Source: Chiloscyllium plagiosum
Lineage: Eukaryota
Direction: 5' to 3'
Assembly (NCBI RefSeq): GCF_004010195.1
Contig: NC_057718.1
Span: forward strand, 16,134,420-16,181,997
DNA length: 47,578 nt
Made by a program: the position numbers and the translations under genes. Below, in pieces: positions 25,351-38,200 of the stretch. The first letter of the stretch is position 1. Every line of letters starts with the position of its first letter. The notes below the pieces were generated by a model. The model made no database searches and had not been told where the DNA came from. It worked only from the letters and a program-made list of their open reading frames with translations.

Positions 25351-25699
25351 TGTGTTGATGCTTTTTGAGCACAGAATTACCATAGATTCTTGTATAAACA
25401 AGTTGGAAATAGTCTGTTGCATATTTCACACAGTTTTAACTCAAGTCGACCAATAAACAGTCAATTACGCCTGCTTCACTATTTCATTAGTCATGGCAGG
25501 TTTGATAATTTTACATTCTCTCATTTTCCTAAGCACTTTAAGTCAGGATTTAAATGTTAAATCTAGGCATGCTTTAATGCACTATTGTTTGCATCATGAA
25601 AAGTTTCCTGTTTTCAATGAGATTGCTGTAAAAATTGACTTGCCTGTTTTGTGATATCACTATCAAACTGGAACACCAGTTTTGAGGTTTGATTTGTAT

Positions 25700-25884
25700 C
25701 TTATTCATTCATGGAATGAGGGCATTGCTGGCTTCATTGGCAACAGATTAATGATCTCTTAGACTCTTAATTCCAGGTTTTTCATTGAATTAAAATTCTA
25801 CTATCTGCTGTGGCGAGATTTGCACCCTGATCCCCAGATCTCTAGATTAATACTTCAGTGATAATACACTACATATTGCCTCCC
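25700..25884 (-). mobile_element. Internally deleted copy of the second SINE family
   Basis: attcattcatgg is the tail and ttgaattaaaattctactatctgc the 5' part of 20148-20543 in reverse complement. Confidence 0.6.
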
Positions 25885-26179
25885 AATTTTAGCTGTTTCA
25901 GTCTTTCCTAACTCATTTGTGTAGATTTGTACTTGACTTTAGGCTCATTGTTTGTGAGGCCTTTCCACAGGATAATTTGAAGCCCAGGATTAGGGATCCA
26001 GCACAAACAGTGACATTACAGAAAACAGCAAGTTCATTGGCCGGTAATAACTATTTAATATGACTAACTATTTTAGATTACTTGCTGATTGAATGTAAAA
26101 AGAGGAAGTATTTACAAGTTACAAGCTAAAAGACCAGTTGGAAATTTTTAAAAATCAAATTAAGAACTAAGTAATTAAA

Positions 26180-27410
26180 ATAAAGGTGTGCTGTACCTGC
26201 ATGATCCGTGAGCTGGTGGCACCATTGTGGTTCACAGTGACCACATTTGTAGTGAGTGTTGGTTGTTTGAGGAACTCCGGTCTGGAGTCTGAGCTTCAAC
26301 ACTGACACAAGAGGAGGGGAAGAGTAACTTGGATGCTGGGTTTTAGGAGGCAGTCACATCCCTTAGATTAACTGCCTCAAATTTGGTCAATAATCAGGGA
26401 CGGGAGTGTGTGACAATGAACAAAACAGATAAAGATATCCAAGGGGTAGTACTGAAGGAGCCTCAGCCTTCGAGCTTCTTTAACAAGTTTGAGATTCTTC
26501 CTCCCTTTGTGGATAAGAAAACTGACCATAGCACCATGGCATGGGGAACCATTCAAGAAGGGGGTAGGGAGTAGAAATGTTATCCTCAGTGGCCACGATA
26601 GAGCCATCTGAAGGTGATGTTGCCTGCCTAGTATCTAAGTTCAGGATATTTCACCTGGGCTGCAAAGGAACTTGGAGTGGGAGAGGAAAGATCCCATTGT
26701 CATGGACCATATAGAAAGAGGACAGAGATTCTGCTAGGGGAATATGAGTAGCAAGGAGCTAAATTAAAATACAGAACCAAAAAGTTGGTAATCTCCAGAC
26801 TACTATCTGGGCCAGGAGGAAATTTGTACAGAGTTACCAAGATTGAAAATAAAATAAATGCGTTGCTCTAGTATTGATGTGGGAGATTGGCAGTTCTACT
26901 GGGGAAGGAGTGAGCTGTTCCTTTGGCAGTTAAATCATCCTGAGACTAGAATCCTTGTGAATTGCATAACCAGAGCTGTGGTTAGGGTTTTAAATAGTAG
27001 GGGGTGAGTTCTGTTACCCAAAAAATTATGGAAAATGTTAAAGGATGGTTGGGGGTGTGATTTGGTGGGGGTGGGGTTGTTGTAGTTGTGGGGTGGGGCT
27101 GCAGCAGACATTATTAACGTTTGCATAGCAACTACTAGGATACATACTAACATACGAGGAACGTATGGAAATGATTAGGCACAGCAGATGAGGGGACAAA
27201 TATGAGAAGAGGGGCAACTAATGCAAGACTGAAGGGGTGTTGTACTTAAATGCATGCAATATGCAAAGCCAGGTAAATCAGCTTGTTGTACAGATGAAAT
27301 TGGCAGGTGCGATTACAGACGACGCACAACAGATTACACAGTTGTGGTATTACAGAGCCATGGCTGCAAAGAGATCCTGATGGGAGTTGTGTACAGGCGT
27401 CCGAGCAGTT
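26180..27410 (+). mobile_element. Degenerate CR1 5' region (ORF1 zinc finger/esterase and start of ORF2 endonuclease)
   Basis: CTCM..EL...SDHICSECWLFEELR; LSFFNKFEIL; KLVISRLL; LYLNAC; LMGVVYRRPSS. Confidence 0.7.
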
Positions 27411-27832
27411 ATAGAGTCATAGTCATAGAAATGTACAGCATAGAAACAGATCCTTCAGTCCAACTTGTCCATGCTGACCAGATTTCCCAACCCAATCTAG
27501 TCCCACCTGCTAGCACCTGGCCCATATCCCTCCAAACATTTCCTATTCATTTACCCATCCAAATGTTGTAATTGTTGTAATTGTATCAGCCTCCACCCCT
27601 TCCTCTGGCAGCTCATTCCATACACGCACCACCCTCTGCATGAAAAGGTTGCCCCGTAGGTCTCTTTTATATCTTTCCCCTCTCACCCTAAACCTATGCC
27701 CTCTAGTTCTGGACTCCCCACCCCAGGTAAAAGACTTTGCCTATTTACCCTATCCATGCCCCTCATGATTTTAGAAACCTCTGTAAGGTCACCCCTCAGC
27801 CTCTGACGCTTCAGGGAAAACAGCCCCAGCCT
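27411..27832 (-). mobile_element. CR1 3' end
   Basis: Near-identical to 14337-14750; ctatgactatgactcta tail. Confidence 0.92.
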
Positions 27833-28138
27833 AAGACCATAAGACATAGGAGCGGACGTAAGGCCATTCGGCCCTTCGAGTCCACTCCGCCATTCGATCA
27901 TGGCTGATGGGCATTTCAACTCCACCTACCCACATTCTCCCCGTAGCCCTTAATTCCTTGTGACATCAAGAATTTATCAATTTCTGCCTTGAAGACATTT
28001 AGCGTCCCAGCCTCCACTGCACTCTGTGGCAATGAATTCCACAGGCCCACCACTCTCTGGCTGAAGAAATGTCTCCGCATTTCTGTCCTGAATTTACCCC
28101 CTCTAATTCTAAGGCTGTGCCACGGGTCCTAGTCTCCT
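27833..28138 (-). mobile_element. 3' end of a different CR1 subfamily
   Basis: Tail taagaccataagacataggagc; RRHFFSQRVVGLWNSLPQSAVEAG on the minus strand. Confidence 0.85.
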
Positions 28139-28610
28139 ATATTGAAGTTGTATGAGTAAAATCTTTGCAGATGCCATCAAGTAAGAAGGCAGCCTGAATA
28201 TTAGAGAAAGATTCAAGCATGTCTATGGGCTGTGTGCTGAAAGATGAAATTAGGAAGGGCATCTGGGTGTCTTTGGGTCAGCATGGACTAGATAGGTTGA
28301 ACAGCCCCAACTGTCTTGTTTTTATGGTTCTGTGTAAGAGGAATTAAATCCAATCTTTCCTTTCTCTTTGGTACTTTCCTGTAAAAGAACGATTTGCACA
28401 ATTTAATCTGGTCATTGTGAAATAAATTGTTTGGAACCAAGGAAATGGAATACATGTAAAATGGAATCACAGTACAACATACTGATCAAGAAAATAACCT
28501 GCGAATTACAGAAGATAAATTAATTTACTTAAGAAAAGTAGTAAATAAGTATCGGATTTCATTATTAGCGGGATTTTTTCAATGAATTAATTAGGTCAGA
28601 CATTAATTTC

Positions 28611-28790
28611 ACCGGCTGCCATTCCGAAAAAGAACCTCTTATCCCAACTCTCTGCCTCCTGTCAGACAGCCAATCCTTTATCCATACTAGTAGCTCACCT
28701 CGAACACCATGGGCCCTCACCTTGCTCAGCAGCCTCCCATGTGGCACCTTATCAAAGGCCTTTTCGAAGTCTCGGTAGACCATATCTACC
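28611..28790 (-). mobile_element. CR1 RT fragment
   Basis: VDMVYRDFEKAFDKVPHGRLLSKV...WLSDRRQRV. Confidence 0.85.
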
Positions 28791-29920
28791 GAGGGGAGTC
28801 TAGCAGGGAAACAATGAAGCAGCTGGAGTTTCTGGGGGCTAATTTGGGAGGCACAGCAGAAATTCATCCCAAGAAAGAAGAAACTTAGTAAGGGGAGGCC
28901 ACCGTGGCTGATAAGGGAAGTCAAGGACAGCATAAAAGCAAAAGAAAAAAACATACAATGTGGTGAAGATTAGTGAGAATCCAGAGGATTGGAAAGCCTT
29001 TAAAAACCAGTAGAGGATAACTGAAAATACCGCAAGGGGACAGAAGATGAAATATGAAGCTAAGTTAGCTAGTACTATATAAGAAGATTGCAACAGTTTT
29101 TGTTTTAAGATATCTAAACATTGAGAGACAGGCAAAAGTGGACATCGGACTGCTTGGAAAATGAGCCTGGAGAAGGATTACTGGGGACAATGAAATGGCA
29201 GAGGAACTGAACAGATACTTTGTATCAGTTTTCACAGTAGAAGACTGCAGCAGCAGCACATCAGCACTTCTGAGAGTTTCCGGGGATAGAATGAGTGTAG
29301 TTGCCATCACTAAGGAGAAGGTGCTGAAAGGTCTCAAGATGAATCAATTATCCAGTCCAGATAGATTAAACCTCAGTGTTCTAAAGGAGACCACTGAAGA
29401 GATTGTGGAGGCATTGGTGGTAATCTTTCAGGAGTCACTGGAGATTGGAAAGTGGCCAATGCACCACCTGTGTTTAGGAAAGGAGGGATGCATTAAAGAT
29501 AAGTTTGCAGAATACTTGAAAGTGCATGGTAGAATAGGGCTGAGTCAACATGGCTTTGTCAACGGGAGGTCATACCTACAAATCTGTTAGAATTCTTTGA
29601 GGAGATAATGAGCAAGTTAGATAAAGAAGAGTCAGTGGATGTGATCTATTTGGATTTCCAAATAGGCCTTTATAAAGGCCATGGTCTTAAGGGCAAGGTT
29701 CTGGCATAGATAGAAGATTAGCTGACTGGCAGAAGGCAGAATGTGGGGACAAAGGGATTTTTGCAGGATGGCAGCTGGTGACTAGTGGCATTTCACAGGG
29801 TTTAGTGTTGGAATCACAACTAATCTCAGCGTATATTAGCGATCTGGATGATGAACCTGATTGCTAAGTTTGCAGATGACACAAAGATAGATGGAGGGCC
29901 AGGTAGTGTTGAGGAAGTGG
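28791..29920 (+). mobile_element. CR1 ORF2 internal fragment (linker to FADD)
   Basis: RPPWLIREVK, MAEELNRYFVSVFT, SQHGFVNGRS, IAKFADDTKI. Confidence 0.85.
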
Positions 29921-31513
29921 CTAACGGAAAACCATGTGGGAAAGTGTGTTCTTTGACCTATGATGACTTCACATTTTCACAAACTGGTGTAAGCTTTACT
30001 TTTCGTACTCTGTACCTAAGTAATGACTTTGGTAGGGATCATACATATTCAGGTAGTAAGTTTTATCAGAAGAGAAATGAAAAATGCAGTAACACAGTTA
30101 ACTAGATTTATGAATTTGTGGCCCCCATATAAATGCCCTGTGTTTTATGCTTAAATAATTCTTCTGTCATTTCCTCATTTATCGTCATAACTTTAAATGC
30201 CAGGTCTGGGTCTTTCTGTGTGCAGAATCTTGATATTGTCAGCTGTGACTGAAAGTCCATAATGGTTTGAATTTTCTGACACTATGTGGAGGTACCACTG
30301 TGGTCTGTCGGCCAGCGACAGGGAGCTCAATGTATCTGCATTTGCTGCTTAGCCTCCAGACGGTGTTCCAATTTATAATTGCACGCACTTAGTATTAGAG
30401 CTCATTGCTTCATTTGACCTGAAGACTTGTCCTCTTTAAGTAGACTTAGCAGGGGTTGTGGTCGGTTGTTATTACAAGTTTATGTCTGTAAAAGTTTTGG
30501 TGGGACTTCCTGAATCCAAATGTGATCGCCAAACATTCTTTCTTTCTCTATCTGTGCATATTTACGTCCTGTATTAGCCAAATTCCTGGATGCATATGCT
30601 TTCAGGCATTTGTCTCCTTTAGGTCACCTATGAGGTAATACTACCCTGATGCTTTATGGGGAGGCATTGTATGTCAATACCAGATCTTGCTTGGGATAAA
30701 AGTGTCAGCTATTAGAGGATGATAGGTTTCAGGCAAGTGAAGAAACTGCTATCGCTTGGTGACACCACCATTTCCAAGGCTGACCCTTTTTTAAGAGTCA
30801 ATGCAAAGGTGCCAGGACGGAGGCCAGGTTATGTATGAACTTTTCGTAGTAATTCACCAGTTCAAGGAAATTTCTGGTACACACATGGGATCCAGGACAT
30901 CTTTGATCGCCCTCACTTTATCTTCCAAGGGTGTACCTGGTCTTGTCAACTGTGTACCTAAAGTAGGTTACTGAGAATGCCTGGGACAGACATTTTTCCC
31001 TTCTAAGGTGTTCGCCCACCTGGGAGAAACATCTAAGGACAATGTCCAAGCATGTCATCCACGTAATGGTGACCTGGGTAGACCTTGTACATTGCTCTCC
31101 ATTTGCTGAAAATTTCACAGGCTGACAATACCCCAAATGGATATTAATTGCAGCATACTTACGGGAATCCTCATCTAACCGGAATTGCAAGTACACGTGG
31201 CTCATGTCCAACTTCGTAAAGGCCACCACTCCTGCCAACTTTGTGTATAAATCCTCTGTATGAAGGATTGGGTATTTATGTAGCTGCAAAAAGCGGTTTA
31301 CCATTTGTTTAAAATCCCCACAAAGGGGAACTGACCCATTGGGCTTCACAATTGGTACGGCTAGTGTTGCCCATTCTGCAAACTAGACTGGTTTGATAAT
31401 TCCTTTGCTTTCTAGCCATCTGACTTCTGCCTTCATTTTTGCCCATAAGGCAAGTTGCAGTTGGTGGGCCTTACAGAATCATGGAATTACTTCCTGGTCA
31501 ACATATGTAAGGT

Positions 31514-31788
31514 GCTGAAAATGTCTTGCTGGAAAAGAGCAGCAGGTCAGGCAGCATCCAAGGAGCAGGAGAATCGACGTTTCGGGCATAAGCCCTTCTT
31601 CAGGAACCTTTTCCAGCAACACATTTTCAGCTTTGATCTCCAGCATCTGCATCCTCACTTTCTCCGATTCCTGAAGAAGGGCTCATGCCCGAAACATCGA
31701 TTCTCCTGCTCCTTGGATGCTTCCTGACCTGCTGCACTTTTCCAGCAACACATTTTCAGCTCTGATCTCCAGCATCTCACTTTCTCCT
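31514..31788. mobile_element. PLE-terminus mini-element: inverted arm plus partial tandem repeat, two hammerhead cores
   Basis: Inverted arm 31514-31606, partial repeat ~31608-31666, full repeat ~31667-31788; TGTAAGGTG at 31506-31514 and 31795-31803. Confidence 0.88.
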
Positions 31789-31934
31789 ACAATTTGTAAG
31801 GTGGCCTTGGCTCCTTTGATACTCTAGACATTCCTGAAATTTTCTGGGTATTTATTTATATCTTAACTCAGGACAGGCATTTTCTGATCAAAACATATTG
31901 AGCTAATAAAGGGGTACATTTCTCAACCAATTTT

Positions 31935-32219
31935 ATTAGATTTCCTACAGTGTGGAAACAAGCCCTTCAGCCCAGCAAGTTCACACCGATCCTCCAAAGA
32001 GTAACCCATCCAGACCCATTTCCCTCTGACTAACGCACCTAACCTATGGGCAATTTAGCATCACTAATTCACCTGACCTGCACATCTTTGGACTGTGGGA
32101 GGAAACCGGAGCCCCTGGAGAAAACCCACACACACTGAGAGAATGTGCAAACGCCACACAGACAGTCGCCCAAGGCTGGAATCGAACCTGGGACCCTAGT
32201 GTGGTGAGCCACCGTGCCC
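31935..32219 (-). mobile_element. HE1-type SINE nested in Gypsy pol
   Basis: B box GGTTCGATTCC and V-domain on the minus strand; collinear with 669-966. Confidence 0.9.
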
Positions 32220-33448
32220 CACGAAACTTGGGCCAGAGCCTTTTGCTATAAGCAGTGGCATCTGAACAAGCTGCTTCTCATAAGAGACCAGAACCGATGT
32301 TATAGTCTCATTCTGTAAAGGTTCCCAGCTAAAGGTTTTCCATCTACTCAAGGTCTTGCTCAAACTTAAAGTTTGAGTGAATTTGGTTTAAGGCTGGTTT
32401 TGCAATCACTGAAATGGTCATGCTGATGTCGACCTCTATTAGAACAAGGTGACTATTTGACCAGACGTTTATTTGGATTGGTTCTGATTTGGATGTTGCT
32501 AAACAATTTAACCATTTCAATCCAGATGTAGGTGCACTTTCCAGGGAGTGCACTCTCTTGGATACTGGCCTGTGAGTTCTCTTACTCAGTTTAGGTCTAA
32601 TGGGATTGTTTGCTGTTTTGAGTTCACATTCTGGCAGCAGCTACAATGGCTTGCCAGCCCGGATCCTGTAGAAAAGTTGAATTGTTTGGCTGCAGCCTGG
32701 CTTTGTATTTCGGTTTTGCTGTGGGCTGACCTAGAGTCCCTCTGCTCAGGATATGTCCTGCGTGAGACAGTGCAACTGCCTTCACTCAAGTGATGTTCCC
32801 CAAGTTTAGTCAGATTTGGTAAGGGTGTCCACTTCTATCAGGATACCCTGCAACTCATATGCTCTACTTCATTTTCCAATGATAACGTCAAATGTGGTGC
32901 CTGATTGAAGTCCAGTTGGGCTTCAGCTAGTAGGGGCACGTTTGTATGGTTATATCATTAATTCCACATATCAAATGGTCTCTCAGCATCTCATTAAGGG
33001 TTAAACAAAGGTCACGTGCCTCTGCCAGTCGTTTTAACCAAGTCAAAAAGCCTGATATTGAATTCCTGGTTCTTGAATTGTGGAGTAAAACGGATAGCAT
33101 CTCAGAATTAGAGGAGGATTGGGGGTTGTAATACTCAACAAAATCCATCAACACTTGAAAGGTTTTAGTATCTGGTGCCTTAGTGAAAGTTACATTCGTA
33201 ATAATCGAAAATACTGTGGGTCCACAAGCTGTCAGGAGAATTACTCATTGCTTTTCATCTAGCCCAATATCATTTGCCTGGAAAAAATAACACATTCTTT
33301 CGCATACTGGGGCCCAGTCTTTGACAGCACGATTGAATGAGTCAAGCTTTCTAGATAGCAGCATGATGCCAGAAATTCTTACCCAATTCAAAGACTGCTA
33401 TTAGAAGCAATTTTTTTTAAAAGGAGTGTGCTTTTATCTCTTCACCAC

Positions 33449-33654
33449 TGAAATAATTCATCAGAGAATGGTGCCCCTTCACCAAATCACCCTATATTTA
33501 CATGTGAAGAGTCCTTGACACTGTCCAGCTCCCTCAGAGCCAGCTCTTGGAGTGAACAGGATGTCTGACACCAGTGTTTGTTTATTTTATTTTAATGATC
33601 CAGCTCCCTCAGAGCCAGCTCTGAGTGAACAGAATCTCTGACATTTCTGTTTAT
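33449..33654 (-). repeat. Downstream (R/U5) part of the Gypsy 5' LTR
   Basis: Ends TTATTTCA next to the PBS; contains a ~55-bp internal duplication; terminates at ttctgtttat. Confidence 0.7.
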
Positions 33655-34695
33655 TTTTGCTCTTTACCCCCACACTACTACCTAACTGCCATAGTGCTTA
33701 TTTTTCCTCCGCACCCATGTTGTGTGTGCGCAGATGTGAGGCACAGTGAAAGACACAAGGTGCACAAATCTTTATTCAGTCTCTACCACCAGGAAGAAAA
33801 GAAACACCCAATGGCCAGTGACAAGCAGTGCCATTCACATCAAAGGGCAATGCTGTGTGATCAAACAGTGAAGGGGAGGGCAGGGATTGAAGCGGAGGGG
33901 GAAATAATGCACTCCACTCCCTACTGCATCCACCTCCCTGGACAGCTCAAGGGTGTTGGTAGACACAGCATACTCCTTCTCCATAGACAACCGGGCTCTA
34001 ACATAACTGCGGAAGAGGGGCAGGCAATTGGCCCTAACGACCCGCTGCCTGGACCTGTTTATGGCCAGTTTGATCAGGCCCAAGAGCAGACCTACAAGGA
34101 GGTCCTCAGACCTGCCTTCTCCCCTCTGTACTATGTGCCTGAAGCTCAGGATCATGGGACTGAAGTGTAAACAAAAACAGAGGTGGTTTTTTAGAAAATC
34201 AAAAAGGGAGTGCAGATGCCCACACCCACTATATACATGGTCCACAGAACAAGCAGTTGGGATGGGAGTCTGAGCGTGCAGCACCCTCCACCACAGATCC
34301 CTGAGAGAAAGGGGAAGAATTCCTCCATAGAGACCCCCCCCCCCCCAGCTTAGGTTGTGGGGCAGAGGTTCCCAGGGAAAAGTATAGGACCTTGTGACGA
34401 ATGTGAAATTCCATCCACACACTGGTGAACACAGACGGGATTCCACTGCACACCTGAGCTTCCTTCAACTGGTGCACTACATCAGGTCCGAGCACCGCCG
34501 TTTTAAGGAGTCAAATGGCAATGGTCACGAACCAGACCTCTACTGCTGCCCTGCTCACTATATCCTGTGGCAGCATGCAGCCCAGACTCCTGTCACCCAG
34601 CACGTCCCAGACCCTGGTCGCCCTTGCCGCCACGGCCCTCCCTCCGACAGCCACTCGCACGGGGAGTATAGCGGTGTGGATTCTTTAGTAATGGC
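33655..34695 (-). mobile_element. Tx1/L1-clade LINE family A, 5'-truncated (ORF2 C-terminus plus 3' UTR)
   Basis: LRDLWWRVLH...C...HVYSGCGHL (zf-RVT-like), DLLVGLLLGLIKLAINRSRQ; 3' UTR 33660-33890 with AATAAA. Confidence 0.8.
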
Positions 34696-34704
34696 TCCAA
34701 CACT

Positions 34705-35181
34705 TACTTTATTTTATTAAGCAATTCATAAAATAATTTACATCTGTATACAGAGAAATAGTAATTTTACAGAGGTAAATGAGCAAAGCCAGGCCCCAAA
34801 CTCTAACACTCCAGTGGTTTTCAGGGAAGTGAGGAACCTTAAAATTCCAGTTTCAGTCATTACAAAACAGTAACAATGACATTATGTAATTGGACTGTCT
34901 TGTATGTACTGAAAAACAGTGCATACAATACAGACCCCCAAAACCCCCCCCTGCCCCATTCCTCCCACCTTCCACCCATTCTAAGGCAGGCTGCCATTAC
35001 GGTTTGTATTTTTTCCTGTTTATTTCAGTAAACAATTCACAGTTTACAAAACAATTAATGTTAACAGCTGTATACAGAGAAACAGCAATTTTACAAGGGA
35101 GAGGAATGGTAAAGCCAGGCCCCAAACCCTACCATTCAACCAGTTTTCAGGGAAATGAGGAACCTCCAATCCTAACCACAA
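34705..35181 (-). mobile_element. Two 5'-truncated copies of non-coding element B (34705-35000 and 35024-35181)
   Basis: Both match the low-coordinate (3') end of the full copies (ctgtatac...aattttac...aaagccaggccccaaac). Confidence 0.75.
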
Positions 35182-35204
35182 CTGTTTATTTTTTTTTCCC
35201 CTGT

Positions 35205-38200
35205 TTAATAAGATATTGTAAACATTTTACAAAACAGTTTACAATAAAAAAAGTTTTTTACAAGGGAGAGCAGCAGCAAAGCTAGGCCCCAAACCCTACT
35301 GTTCAACCCGTTTACAGGGAGAGGAGGACAAACCTCAAATCCCAGTTCCACATAAAAGACAGCAACAATGACATTTGTACATAAAAAGCTAATCCAGTTA
35401 CATAAACAATGCATACAATACAGACCCAGCAAGCCCCTGTCCCTCCCAGCCACTCTAAAGGCAGCCCGCCCCTATGTACCTTCTGGCTCTCTGTCCACCC
35501 CGACACCTTTCTACCACCTTTGGGGTGGTCCATCCCAGTACCTGTCCAGGGTGACAGCGCTGAGGACAGCTACCCACCTTCTGGCTCTCAGTCTGCCCCT
35601 CTGTACCATTGGGCTCTCACTCACCCCGATGTGCCGTCCAGCCAGTGGGCTATTCTGGCCACTTCTAGGACAGCCCACCCTGATCACCCCTTCTCAGAAT
35701 GACAGTTCTCAGAATGGCCTACCCACCATCTGGCTCTCAGGGCAACTGGCATCAGGGTGGCCTACCCCCCCCTCTGGCATTCAGGACAGCCTACCAACCT
35801 TCAGGTTCACAGGCTGGCCTACCCACTCTCCAGCTGTCAGGGTGACCGCTTTCAGGACTATCCATGAGCCTCCCAGCTCACAGTAAGACCTGCCAGACCC
35901 AGGGACACAAGACAGTGCAGGTGATAACCCAACAAACACCACAATACAGTTAATTGTACCAGAAAAGACTTTTTTGGTACAGTCCAAATGTAGAGTCTTC
36001 AGAATACAGAGTCTATTCCCAGATATGGAGTCTACTCAGTTTTTGAGGTGCATTGTCCAAAATGGAGTCCACTCCAAACTGCAGAGTTGACTTCTGAAGG
36101 CAGCAATTTTTTTTTTGATTTCAACAATATACTTTATTCATAAAATACTTTGATCTGTACAACTGGACATGCCATACATATGTAAACATTCCATTTGTTT
36201 GCATACCGAAAACAGAGTAATCATTCCTATTTACAGGTCTGTACGATTACATTTTTAGTTGAGGCGTCAGCAGAGCCCAAATGACTGCGCGGGCCCCCTG
36301 TTCTTCTTTAGGCAGGTAGATGTTACACGGTGGTCTTTCCCCACCACGCCTTGGCAGCAGCTGCCCCAAGATTCAGCGCGTCCCTCAACACGTAGTCCTG
36401 GACCTTGGAATGTGCCAGTCTGCAACACTCAGTCGGGGTCAACTCCTTCAGCTAGAAGATCAACAGGTTTTAGACCACCCAGAGAGCGTCCTTCACCGAG
36501 TTGATGATCCTCCAGGCACAGTTGATGTTCGTCTCAGTGTGCGTCCCGGGGAACAGGCGATGCTCGGAACGAACCTCGACAAACACCACTGCATTCCTCT
36601 CCAGACTTCTTCTGCGTAGGCACATTCCAGAAGATGGTGTGTGACAGTCTCGTTCCGCCCCGCATCCGCTTCGAGGGCAGCGTGCGGTGCAGCTGAGAGT
36701 CCGGGCGTGCATAAAGGATCTCACAGGCAGAGCCCTTCTCGCCACCAGCCAAGCCATGTCTTGGTGCTTGTTGGAAAGTTCTGGCGATGAGGCATTCTGC
36801 CAAATGGCTTTGACAGTCTGCTCAGGGAACCGCTTGATAGGATCCGCCCTCTCCTTTTCCCGAAGGGTCTCAAGGATACTACGTGCTGACCACTTCCTGA
36901 TGGACTTGTGGTCAAAGGTGTTTTTCTTCATAAACTTCTCCATGAAGGAGAAGTGATACGGAACAGTCCAACTACTCGGAGCGTTCCGCGGCAGCGAGGC
37001 CAGGCCCATCCTTCGCAACACCGGGGACAGGTAGAACCTCAGTACGTAGTGACACTTCGGGGATCCACGCACAGCTTGATGCAGCCCCACACAAAGGTGG
37101 CCATCAGGTGTATTTTTTCCCCCGTTGCCCAGATCTTTGTACAGCGAGTCCCTTTGGACCCGGTCCATCTTTGACCTCCATATAAACTGGAAGATGGCCC
37201 GGGTGACTACAGCGGCACAGGTTCTGGGAATCGGCCAGACCTGTGCCACGTATAATAGCAATGCCAGTGCCTCACACCTCATGACCAGGTTTTTTCCCCC
37301 GTGATGGAGAGCAACCGTAGCTTCCATCTGCCCAGTTTCTGCCTCACTTTGCTGATATGCTCCTCCCAAGACTTGGCGCACGCCCCAGCCCCCCGAACCA
37401 AATACCCAGCACCTTCAGGTGGTCGGTCCTGACAGTGAAGGGGATAGAGGATTGGTCGGCCCAGTTCCCGAAGAGCATGGCCTCGCTCTTGCCTCTGTTT
37501 ACCTTGGCCCCCCGAGGCCCGTTCAAACTGGTCACATATGCACATGAGTCTGCGCACGGACAGCGGATCAGAGCAGAAAAAGGCGACGTTATCCATGTAC
37601 AGGGAGGCCTTAACCTGCAGGCCCCCGCTGCCAGGAATAGTCACCCCTCTTAAGCTCGCATCCTTCCTGATGGACACGGCCAATGGCTCTATGCAGCACA
37701 CACACAAGGCAGGAGAGAGAGGGCAGCCCTGCCTGACTCCAGATCTGACTGGCAAGCTATCTGATTCCCACCCATTGATTGAGACTGCACTAACAATGTT
37801 GGTGTAGAGCAGTCTGATCCAATTGCAGATTCCCTCCCCAAAGCCCATTTTGGAGAGAACATCTCTCATATACCTGTATGATATCCTGTCAAAGGCTTTC
37901 TCCTGGTCCAGGCTGATCAGGCAGGTGTCCAACCCTCTGTCCTGCACGTAGGCGATCGTATCCCTGAGGAGCGTGAGACTCTCAGCGATCTTCCTGCCCA
38001 GCACAGACTCTCCCGACCCTAGAGCAGACCTGACCCGGTTGGAGATTACCTTTGACAGAATTTTGTAATCCGCATTCAACAGTGAGATTGGTCTCCAATT
38101 TGAGTTCCTCCCTCTCCCCCTTATGCTTGTAGATGAGGGTGATGATGCCTTTCCTCATGGATTCACTCATGGTACCTTCCCGAAGCATACTGACATACAC

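Larger units (their letters stand above)
30170..33654 (-). mobile_element. Gypsy (K02A2.6/Mag-like) LTR retrotransposon, 3'-truncated: LTR part, PBS, gag, PR, RT, RNase H
   Basis: gag YFFQANDI...ILLTACG and EMLRDHLICGIND; RT VPIVKPNGSVPLCGDFK...KLDMSHVYLQ; RNase H YAQIEKE at ~30540-30560 and ANAD at ~30340; PBS-like TGGTGAAGAG next to the LTR end TTTCA. Confidence 0.88.

Noticed and set aside
28611..29920. Second apparent CR1 inversion
   Set aside because: The two segments cover overlapping RT sequence and differ in preservation, so they look like independent fragments
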